Program-made: the position numbers and the translations under genes | Shown: positions 25,478 through 32,000 of the stretch, in pieces | Layout: each line of letters opens with the position of its first letter | How positions within the stretch are numbered: the stretch's first letter is position 1 | Assembly: GCA_031256725.1 (NCBI GenBank) | Contig: JAIRQE010000005.1 | Coordinates: 1-32,000 of the forward strand | Source: Propionibacteriaceae bacterium | Lineage (GTDB): Bacteria > Actinomycetota > Actinomycetes > Propionibacteriales > Propionibacteriaceae | Reading direction: 5' to 3' | Length of the DNA stretch: 32,000 nt | The notes under the pieces: generated by a model | The model's input: the letters and a program-made list of their open reading frames with translations, nothing else | Told to the model about the DNA's origin: nothing | Databases searched by the model: none

Positions 25478-26373
25478 TCATCGGATTAGATATCGGAGGT
25501 ACGAAACTCGCAGCCGCACGAGTGGGGCCACAGGGTCACGCCAGGTCTGTCAAAACCCTTCCAACACCAATCCTTGAGGGACCAACGGCAATCTTGGACG
25601 CGGCTGCGGGGCTTGTAAAAAAGATCTCTGGATTATCAGAAATCAGCCGCTTGGGTATAGGTTCCGCAGGAGCCATAGACCCAGTGAACGGGGTCGTCAC
25701 CTCGGCAACAGAGACGCTGCCGGGGTGGAATGGAGTACACCTTATTGAGGAAATGAGTGCACGGATCGAGAATGTACAGCGGATGGTTGTACGCAACGAT
25801 GTGCATGCGCATGCCCTAGGTGAATCCTGGGTGGGCGCAGCTCAGGGAACAAACCTTGCGGTTGTTGTCATCGTTGGTACCGGCGTGGGGGCCAGTGTGC
25901 TTCGCGCCGGTTCCATCGACCCTGGAGCACATCACCTGGCAGGGGCGATCGCCCACATGCCTGTGGCCAGTGCTATTCACCCTATCTGTTCCTGTGGAAA
26001 ACCCGGTCATCTTGAAGCTGTTGCTGCGGGGCCAGGATTGGTCAAGCAGTACCATGGCCTGGGCGGGGATCCTCGTGTGACGAAGGGGCATGAGGTGGCG
26101 ATCCGCGCTGGACGCGGGGAACGTACTGCAGGCTTTGCCCTCGACCAATCTGCGATGGCCTTAGGTAGAGCCCTTGTAGGGATCGTCTCTGTGGTGGACC
26201 CTGAGGTAGTGATTGTTGGAGGTGGGGTCACCAATGCTGGGCCACTGTGGTGGGACCGCATGGTTACGACCTTTGAATCCGAACTCCCACCAGCTCTTGA
26301 AGGGCTTGAGGTTCGTCGAGCAAAACTTGGTTCTGTGGGTGCCATTATTGGCGCGACCTGTGATGAGGTTTAA
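25474..26373 (+). CDS. ROK-family sugar kinase (no HTH domain)
   Basis: ATP-binding N-terminus MIIGLDIGGTK, a ROK glycine-rich block VGTGVGASV, and the zinc motif AHMPV...CSCGKPGHLE. A GGAGGA SD is present. It has an ATGA overlap with the lyase stop. Confidence 0.85.
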   Translation: MIIGLDIGGTKLAAARVGPQGHARSVKTLPTPILEGPTAILDAAAGLVKKISGLSEISRLGIGSAGAIDPVNGVVTSATETLPGWNGVHLIEEMSARIENVQRMVVRNDVHAHALGESWVGAAQGTNLAVVVIVGTGVGASVLRAGSIDPGAHHLAGAIAHMPVASAIHPICSCGKPGHLEAVAAGPGLVKQYHGLGGDPRVTKGHEVAIRAGRGERTAGFALDQSAMALGRALVGIVSVVDPEVVIVGGGVTNAGPLWWDRMVTTFESELPPALEGLEVRRAKLGSVGAIIGATCDEV

Positions 26374-27101
26374 TCAGCCACCGGTGGCATACCCAACATC
26401 TCTCGAAGTGGCGTGTAGTGTTCGACCATTGTTGCTTTAACCTTGGTTGAATCACCTGTTTCGCAGGCTTCGACAATTGCCCGATGTACCTTCACGATCC
26501 TGTCGAGTTCTTGTACGAGGGGAAGACCCAATAATTGGGGGTAGACCACTGTATGGATCTCCCAAAGAGCAGCAACCAATTGCTGGATGAGGAGGTTATC
26601 GGATCGTGAGGCCAGTACCTTGTGAAACTTGCGATCAACCTCAAGGAAGGTCTCTAGTCGAGAACTGCGCTCTTCCATCTCATCGACGATCGCCCATAGG
26701 TCACTGTTATCGGAAGTGGGCATGATTCGGGCAAGGTTATCTGCCATGGACATGTCTAGGACACAGCGTACTTCAACCACCTCTCTCAGAGCGGTCAGTT
26801 CATGGCCTGGGCTGAGTACTCCACGGAAAACGAGACCTTCGATGAGGGGTTTCAAACTCAACTGGCCTACATATGTACCGTGACCGTGGCGTACCTCGAC
26901 AATATCGAGGGCCGCGAGTCGACGGATCGATTCCCTGACACTGGACCTTGATACATTGAGCGCCTCACATAGTACGCTCTCTGTGGGCAAGAGATCACCT
27001 GGGTGTAACCGATTTGTCAGAATATAGTTCTTAATCTGTTGGGCTGTGGAATCTGTCCGCGAGGCCCCAGTCTGGTTGGGGGTCGCAAGAATTTGGTTCA
27101 T
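26370..27101 (-). CDS. GntR-family regulator, FadR subfamily (FCD effector domain)
   Basis: The winged HTH is PTESVLCEALNVSRSSVRESIRRLAALDIVEVRHGHGTYV, followed by an all-helical C-terminal domain. An AAGGAGG SD precedes ATG 27101 (the track ORF starts at 27155). It is convergent with the operon, and the two stop codons overlap. Confidence 0.85.
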   Translation of the reverse strand: MNQILATPNQTGASRTDSTAQQIKNYILTNRLHPGDLLPTESVLCEALNVSRSSVRESIRRLAALDIVEVRHGHGTYVGQLSLKPLIEGLVFRGVLSPGHELTALREVVEVRCVLDMSMADNLARIMPTSDNSDLWAIVDEMEERSSRLETFLEVDRKFHKVLASRSDNLLIQQLVAALWEIHTVVYPQLLGLPLVQELDRIVKVHRAIVEACETGDSTKVKATMVEHYTPLREMLGMPPVAD

Positions 27102-27185
27102 TGTTCGGCCCTCCTTACTAGTACCCACCCTATCATCGGACGTCATACCACACATTCGTTTGACCGAATTCCTTTTATGAGTTTT

Positions 27186-27197
27186 ATCACTAGTGAT
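27186..27197. promoter_or_regulatory. perfect 12-bp palindrome ATCACTAGTGAT upstream of the GntR gene (candidate autoregulatory operator)
   Basis: Read directly. Its centre is about 90 nt upstream of ATG 27101. Confidence 0.3.
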
Positions 27198-27381
27198 TTC
27201 CTGGAATAGCTTCCCTCATAGTGTCAGAGCTGACTTCTCTGGTGCCTGTCATACGACATCAAGCAGACTCGCCACGAGGGGATCAGGGGCGACAATATGG
27301 GTCACAGATGCTCATCCGTGATGCTTTTCTGCACCTCATCACGTACCTTCCTCACCCTACTGTTATGGAAAACCCAGGTTT

Positions 27382-28104
27382 TTATCCGAGCATGAACTGT
27401 CCAATGACGGTCACTCCATCCGACTCATACACAGGAATGACTAGTTGATGAGTAGCCTCCGCCGCATGGACACAGAGTTCTGCAGCCGCAGCAAGATCAA
27501 ATTCAGTTTGATCCCAGTCACTGCCTGAGGCTTTGACCAATTGGAGAAATGCCTGCTCAAGGTTTGATTGACTCCCCTCATTTTCATATGCATCCCAAAG
27601 TATCTGTAATGCAGACAGCATTTCCACTGTCACCGTCTCATCGCTGGTCAGACTCGATGGAAGCGGCAAGCCCACTGACTCAAAACAAGCTTCCAGAGAT
27701 TGTTTGTCTTTAGTTTCCTGCAGCGCCATGGCTTCTTCTGGACTCTTCGGATCAGACATACCTTTATAAAGATCCTCGCGATAAACGTATCCGTGTTTTC
27801 CGTTAGTTGCTTCAACAGATATAAGATCTGGTTCATCTTCCATATGAACGCCAAAAGCAGAACCGTACGTCTGACCCTTATCATTTACTGGGTATGCTGG
27901 ACGACCACTTGGACCAGGAGAAGCATCTGTGCTGGGATCATTTGTTGAAGCGTAAGTACAACTAGCGAACACTCCACATAGGATCAATACAACCGCGCGA
28001 CGTAAGAATCGACCGATAACAACTACAACCCCAGTAAGAGCCAAAGACAGTGCCCCAAGTGAAGCAGATAAACGCTTCTTCATATTATTTGAGATTAGAG
28101 ACAT
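27382..28104 (-). CDS. hypothetical secreted or lipoprotein-like protein
   Basis: 240 aa with a GGAAGGAG SD 7 nt upstream of ATG 28104. The N-terminus has two hydrophobic segments. The second (RFLRRAVVLILCGVFASC) looks like a lipoprotein signal with its lipobox Cys. I recognised no family motif. GC is lower than in the neighbouring genes. Confidence 0.6.
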   Translation of the reverse strand: MSLISNNMKKRLSASLGALSLALTGVVVVIGRFLRRAVVLILCGVFASCTYASTNDPSTDASPGPSGRPAYPVNDKGQTYGSAFGVHMEDEPDLISVEATNGKHGYVYREDLYKGMSDPKSPEEAMALQETKDKQSLEACFESVGLPLPSSLTSDETVTVEMLSALQILWDAYENEGSQSNLEQAFLQLVKASGSDWDQTEFDLAAAAELCVHAAEATHQLVIPVYESDGVTVIGQFMLG

Positions 28105-28315
28105 GGCTCTACTCCTTCCATAGTATTAAATGGGGGCCTCCACTTTTGAATACGCCACCCCAACTGGGGGAGACATGCATTGAAGAAGATAGTTTGAAGC
28201 TATATCTTCAACTGCCCTGACTGTAACACAGGGAAGATGACAAGGAAACATTTTCCCTGATTAATTCCACTATATGGACAAATATCTTACTATTATCTTT
28301 GTTTAGCTACGTTGA

Positions 28316-28939
28316 TCAACAAAGGCCATCTCTCGATTTATGTAGACTAACCGGACCAACTCCTCGGCCACGAAGGATTCTCCAGGCTAAGACGAAGGAG
28401 GCGGCAAAGAGGGAGACTGCCGCGGCGATGAGGCTGCCATACTCTATTGTCAGGATTCCCCAGATTAACCAGACTAGCTGGGTGAGAACCTGGAGTACCC
28501 ATGCGGTGGTTGAGACTCCAGTGACTTCGGGGGCTTTCATGAGTTCGATTCCTTGACGCATCATGGCATAGGCTTGCGGAAGTACCACTGCAAATCCGTA
28601 GGCTGCAGAGCCCACAAGATAGTCCAATGCCACCAAACCAGCAGCGACTCCCAATCCAAAAAGAATGATTGCCAGAGACTTCATCTGTCTGTTTTTTCTG
28701 AGAAAAAACAGAATGGTGATAACGACGATGACCGCCCAGAAATTAGGCCAGATCATGTTAATCTCGCCGATCTTGAACCCGTGGTTGAGCCATCCTATTC
28801 CCGTACCCAGGTTCAAAACCCAGGTTAGAACAGACAACCCCTGGGTGTCTTTGGTACGCACAACGAGAAGAAATTGAGGTGTCGAAATCCCAGCGACCAG
28901 TAGCGCGCCGAGGAGTGCGAGAGCGTCAACGAATTCCAT
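28316..28939 (-). CDS. 7-TM membrane protein with two PQ-loop repeats (SWEET / PQ-loop superfamily-like)
   Basis: 207 aa with seven hydrophobic segments. PQ dipeptides lie at residues 21-22 and 121-122. Each is followed by a basic residue and a G-[LV]-S...W-V-L block (PQFLLVVRTKDTQGLSVLTWVL and PQAYAMMRQ...TGVSTTAWVL). Confidence 0.65.
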   Translation of the reverse strand: MEFVDALALLGALLVAGISTPQFLLVVRTKDTQGLSVLTWVLNLGTGIGWLNHGFKIGEINMIWPNFWAVIVVITILFFLRKNRQMKSLAIILFGLGVAAGLVALDYLVGSAAYGFAVVLPQAYAMMRQGIELMKAPEVTGVSTTAWVLQVLTQLVWLIWGILTIEYGSLIAAAVSLFAASFVLAWRILRGRGVGPVSLHKSRDGLC

Positions 28940-29049
28940 GTAGATATATTCCTTGGCTCCATCCTACCTGCACAAACCAAACTCAAACAGCAGTCCTGGA
29001 TTCTGCGGCCTCGCTTCACTTCGCACAGAATGACTAGTTTATTACTCGC

Positions 29050-29370
29050 CTAACCCCATCCCAGATACCTGAGAAGGGCGGCAGTACCAGCAGCCAAGAT
29101 GATGACCACGATGAAGGGTACCCTCCTCCACAGGGCCACTGCGGCCACAACAAGGGCCGCCACACGAGCATCAATAACCAGTCTGTGACCACCATCTAAG
29201 GTTTGTTGGGCGACCAAACCAGCCAAGAGTGCCACAGAGACCAGAGCCACGATGGGGGCGATCTTCGGCGATGAGACCCAGGACTCTGGTATAAAATGAC
29301 CCAGGAATTTCGTACCCAAGGTGATGGCGACGGCGGCGAAAATCGCAAGCCACAAGACAGTATCACTCAT
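29050..29370 (-). CDS. azlD: branched-chain amino acid transport protein AzlD
   Basis: 106 aa with 3-4 TM segments. An AGGAGA SD sits 6 nt upstream of ATG 29370, and the ATGAGTGA region overlaps the azlC stop. The track ORF start at 29496 lies inside azlC and is rejected. Confidence 0.8.
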   Translation of the reverse strand: MSDTVLWLAIFAAVAITLGTKFLGHFIPESWVSSPKIAPIVALVSVALLAGLVAQQTLDGGHRLVIDARVAALVVAAVALWRRVPFIVVIILAAGTAALLRYLGWG

Positions 29371-30085
29371 AAGCATTCTCCTGAGTGACTTCAGTTTTTG
29401 TACGACGGGCGTCCCATCCCCCAATGACCACTGCTGCGCAAGCTGCCCCAAGTACAGGGATACCTGCTGGGGTGAAAGGAATGAGAATACAGGCAATGAC
29501 TACGGCTAATGCTGCGCAGGCTTGGGCCGTACGACTCGCCAAACGTGGCCACAGCAGCCCAAGGAATGCGGCGGCAGCAGCAGCATCAAGACCCCAGATC
29601 TTGGGATCACCTATGGCATTTCCGGCTAGGGCGCCCACGAAGGTCAGCACATTCCAGCACACAAAGACCCCAATCCCTGCCCACCAGAAGCCAAGACGCC
29701 TCAAGTCTTTGGTGGTCTGGGCTGTTGAGACAGCGGTCGACTCGTCTATGGTGAAATGTGGAGCGATCACTCGCTTCCACCCCTGAAGCGCAAGGAGGGG
29801 GCCCATTTGTACACCATAGAGCCCGTTTCGTACCCCAAGAAGTCCTGATGTTGCAATGGCGGAGGCCGCGCCGCCTCCAGCACCCACAATGCCCACGAAG
29901 GCGAACTGGGAACTGCCTGTAAACATCAGCAGGGACAGTGCCATGGTTTGAGGCAAGCTGAGACCTGCAGCAATTGAGAGCGCTCCAAAAGAGATTCCGT
30001 ACAACCCCGTGGCAAGTGATATGGATAATGCTTGCCGAATGACGGCTGGGCGATCCTTATCCTGGGTCAACTGGGTGGGGCACAT
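29363..30085 (-). CDS. azlC: branched-chain amino acid transporter/exporter AzlC
   Basis: About 240 aa from ATG 30085, multi-TM, with an AzlC-like N-terminal region (IRQALSISLATGLYGISFGALSIAAGLS). It is paired with azlD. The longer track ORF (start 30196) would overlap the upstream gene. Confidence 0.8.
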   Translation of the reverse strand: MCPTQLTQDKDRPAVIRQALSISLATGLYGISFGALSIAAGLSLPQTMALSLLMFTGSSQFAFVGIVGAGGGAASAIATSGLLGVRNGLYGVQMGPLLALQGWKRVIAPHFTIDESTAVSTAQTTKDLRRLGFWWAGIGVFVCWNVLTFVGALAGNAIGDPKIWGLDAAAAAAFLGLLWPRLASRTAQACAALAVVIACILIPFTPAGIPVLGAACAAVVIGGWDARRTKTEVTQENAYE

Positions 30086-30149
30086 TTCACATAGTCTATC
30101 CTCGGTATCCCTATCGACGATGAGGAATCCAGGGGATGGGAGATGTGAT

Positions 30150-30545
30150 CTATGACTGCTGCATTCTTTCAGAGAATTCTTGAGCCAGACCACCAAGGAT
30201 GCTCATGAGGCGACCAAAGCAGGTCTTGAAATCCTCCGGTTTGGCGGTGAAGATCTCGGTTGCTACGGCGATGCCCTTATCGCGAATGATCAACTTTCCG
30301 ACCTTGTATTCCTTGGTCAGTTCATTGGCGACCTGGTATGCCTTCGTCTTCTCAGCCTGGTCATCAAACTCCCAGCCGAAAAGACCGAACACCTTGAAGA
30401 ATTGCTCATCGTCACTATCGACGTCAATGAAGAACGTATAACCCTGGTACTTAAACTCGATATCGCCATCGCTATCGACCTCTCCCTGGTACCCTTCAGC
30501 GCGTAAATAATCCAGGTATAGTGCCTGTAACTGTGTCTTGTCCAT
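30150..30545 (-). CDS. YbjN-like (T3SS-chaperone-fold) cytoplasmic protein
   Basis: 131 aa, acidic. The pattern YLRAEGYQGEVDSDGDIEFKYQGYTFFIDVDSDDEQFFKVF is typical of YbjN-domain proteins. This is a family-level call only. Confidence 0.55.
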   Translation of the reverse strand: MDKTQLQALYLDYLRAEGYQGEVDSDGDIEFKYQGYTFFIDVDSDDEQFFKVFGLFGWEFDDQAEKTKAYQVANELTKEYKVGKLIIRDKGIAVATEIFTAKPEDFKTCFGRLMSILGGLAQEFSERMQQS

Positions 30546-30594
30546 TCAAGTAGCTTACTGGGTTTCTAGGGGCAGAAATAGTGATCGACGTGAT

Positions 30595-30768
30595 TCATAG
30601 CTGGTCTTCGTCGGGATCAGCCTGGATGCGAACCACCCCAGAATCTAGGTCAACATCAATCGGACCAGGCCCTGGGGCTGGCGCCTCAAGGATCTTGTCT
30701 TCTTGCCAGTCCTGCCATTCCTTCCAATGCCGAAGTCCCGGCTGGAAGATGACATCCCACCCACTCAT
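30595..30768 (-). CDS. unannotated small ORF, 57 aa, Trp-rich N-terminus and acidic C-terminus
   Basis: Hand translation gives MSGWDVIFQPGLRHWKEWQDWQEDKILEAPAPGPGPIDVDLDSGVVRIQADPDEDQL. The ATG at 30768-30766 overlaps the stop of the preceding micro-ORF (ATGA). It is below the 60-aa track cut-off. The opposite-strand 87-aa track ORF looks like low-complexity shadow. Confidence 0.35.
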   Translation of the reverse strand: MSGWDVIFQPGLRHWKEWQDWQEDKILEAPAPGPGPIDVDLDSGVVRIQADPDEDQL

Positions 30769-30842
30769 GAATCCTCATCAACTATGGTCACTTCAGCATC
30801 AAGATCCACGTCTGGTTCTCGGTGATCGCGTGCATCACTCAT
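30765..30842 (-). CDS. unannotated micro-ORF, 25 aa, highly acidic
   Basis: Hand translation gives [25 protein letters not shown]. The ATG at 30842-30840 overlaps the rsfS stop (ATGA), and its own stop overlaps the next ATG (ATGA). Confidence 0.2.
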   Translation of the reverse strand: MSDARDHREPDVDLDAEVTIVDEDS

Positions 30843-31225
30843 AGATCAACCTTCTCCTTCGATGAACCCGGAGTCTCTAGCTCAATCACTGGGCAATCCT
30901 TCCAAAGACGATCAAGGGCATAGGTCACTCTGGCTTCCTGATGCTGAACGTGAACGATGGTGTCAAAGAAGTCGAGCAAGACCCACGGGTCCTCCCGATT
31001 CCCTTCGCGACGTAGCGGCTTCACTCCTGCGCGGATGGAACGTTCCTCAATCTCATCAACAATGGCACCAACCTGGCGTTCATTGCTGCCAGAGACAATC
31101 ACAAAAACCTCAGCTATACCGAGTTTCTCCGAGACATCAAGGACGAGGATGTCCTTGGCTAGCTTGTCTTCCGCTGCTTCAACAGCCACACTTGCGATCC
31201 GAAGTGCCTGAGTACTTGCCGTCAT
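30839..31225 (-). CDS. rsfS: ribosome silencing factor RsfS
   Basis: 128 aa with an RsfS/IojAP pattern ([40 protein letters not shown]...[14 protein letters not shown]...Y.LDRLW). It has an ATGA overlap with the nadD stop. Confidence 0.9.
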   Translation of the reverse strand: MTASTQALRIASVAVEAAEDKLAKDILVLDVSEKLGIAEVFVIVSGSNERQVGAIVDEIEERSIRAGVKPLRREGNREDPWVLLDFFDTIVHVQHQEARVTYALDRLWKDCPVIELETPGSSKEKVDL

Positions 31226-31887
31226 GAAACCGCCTCTGGTTCTTGGTAGAGCCCACGTTTTTGGATATATTGAACGATACCGTCAGGAACAAGGTACCAG
31301 ATCGGTAGGCCTGCTCCCACTCTTTCACGACATGCAGTTGAGGAGATCGCGAGCGCTGGTACCTCCATCAGAGTGACCTTGTCCTTGGGCAGATGGGAGA
31401 TCGTCTCCTGATCCAGTGGAGATCCTGGGCGGGAGACCCCCACGAAACTCGCCAGATCAAAGACATCTTCAGCACCACGCCAACTCAAGATATTCGACAG
31501 AGCATCCGCACCAGTGATGAAAAAGAGTTCCGCTTCCGGCCCGCGCATCTTGCGCAGATCCTTCAAAGTATCAACAGTGTAGGTGTCCCCACCACGATCA
31601 ATATCGACTCGCGAAACCGAGAATCGTGGATTGGATGCCGTCGCGATCACCGTCATCAGGTAGCGATCCTCAGGGGCGGAAACCCGTTGACCGGCCTTCT
31701 GCCAGGAGGTACCCGTGGGTACGAAGACAACTTCATGGAGTCCAAATCGGGCAGCCACTTCAGAGGCAGCAACCAAGTGCCCGTGATGAATCGGGTCAAA
31801 GGTACCACCCATGACACCCAATCGAAGCCGGGTCACATCTGGAGCATGACTCAGACCTTCATCGGCTCCCAGTACAGGTTCTGTCAT
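31222..31887 (-). CDS. nadD: nicotinate-nucleotide adenylyltransferase
   Basis: 221 aa with the motif [15 protein letters not shown] (the (T/H)xGH nucleotidyltransferase signature) and [10 protein letters not shown]. Confidence 0.95.
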   Translation of the reverse strand: MTEPVLGADEGLSHAPDVTRLRLGVMGGTFDPIHHGHLVAASEVAARFGLHEVVFVPTGTSWQKAGQRVSAPEDRYLMTVIATASNPRFSVSRVDIDRGGDTYTVDTLKDLRKMRGPEAELFFITGADALSNILSWRGAEDVFDLASFVGVSRPGSPLDQETISHLPKDKVTLMEVPALAISSTACRERVGAGLPIWYLVPDGIVQYIQKRGLYQEPEAVS

Positions 31888-31893
31888 GGGATC

Positions 31894-31899
31894 ATTCTA
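31894..31899 (-). promoter_or_regulatory. candidate -10 (TAGAAT, TANNNT type) positioned for a leaderless nadD transcript
   Basis: On the minus strand, TAGAAT is followed by GATCCC and then the nadD ATG (31887). No SD-like purine tract precedes the ATG. Confidence 0.3.
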
Positions 31900-32000
31900 C
31901 CGCGAGTATGAATGATTTCATTTAAGTGAATGAGTTGGATTCTGCTTCCAGTGATCGCAGTTTGAGTGCCAATTCTTTTTTGGTGGGTTCTACGTAGAAG

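Noticed and set aside
30581-30844. 87-aa plus-strand ORF between the YbjN-like gene and rsfS.
   Set aside because: Ser/Arg/Pro/His-rich composition, no SD, and opposite in orientation to the whole surrounding minus-strand operon. The minus-strand small ORFs explain the open frames better.
31888-32000. Two minus-strand frames stay open to the right edge. One ends ...FYVEPTKKELALKLRSLEAESNSFT* at 31922. The other ends in a TGA that overlaps the nadD ATG.
   Set aside because: The fragment is too short and too AT-rich to call. The second frame is full of rare AGA, CTA and TTA codons. I cannot distinguish the 3' end of an upstream gene from a promoter region.
1-32000. Checked the whole window for CRISPR arrays, IS or transposon ends, long terminal inverted repeats, rRNA, prophage genes and toxin-antitoxin pairs.
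   Set aside because: None was seen by eye. The only repeats found are the short intergenic and in-frame repeats listed above. A computational self-dot-plot would be needed to exclude dispersed repeats shorter than about 20 bp.

Overview
The window looks like a mid-GC actinobacterial chromosomal segment. The taxon call rests on gene content (DynA/DynB-like GTPases, a RipA-like NlpC/P60 hydrolase, Orn, an SsbB-type SSB, a CUT1 ABC importer with no ATPase gene) and is inference only. I support about 30 CDS and one tRNA-Arg(TCT). I saw no rRNA, CRISPR array, transposase or integrase.

Gene order, left to right:
- thioesterase fragment and long-chain acyl-CoA ligase (-)
- a YdiJ-like FAD/Fe-S oxidoreductase (+)
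- ettA (+) and a non-canonical SSB paralogue (+)
- a minus-strand unit, PrsW-family protease > dynamin-like GTPase > membrane-anchored dynamin-like GTPase, joined by overlapping stop and start codons
- RipA-like NlpC/P60 hydrolase, dps, orn, an MFS transporter, tRNA-Arg, a ChaA-like antiporter, a fructosamine-kinase-family protein and an XRE/zinc-ribbon regulator
- a seven-gene sugar-acid-type operon (SBP, two permeases, D-2-hydroxyacid dehydrogenase, Ldh_2 oxidoreductase, DHDPS/NAL-family lyase, ROK kinase) with a convergent FCD-type GntR regulator
- a lower-GC patch carrying a lipoprotein-like gene and a 7-TM double PQ-loop protein
- azlCD, a YbjN-like protein, and nadD-rsfS followed by two small ORFs below the track cut-off

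Most worth a second look:
1. the PrsW-dynamin pair module
2. the nan-like operon that has two oxidoreductases where an epimerase would be expected
3. the SWEET-like 3+1+3 double PQ-loop protein
4. two perfect TTATCCACA boxes upstream of the SSB paralogue
5. the ATGA-chained small ORFs after rsfS

All functional calls come from motif recognition by eye. No database search was possible.
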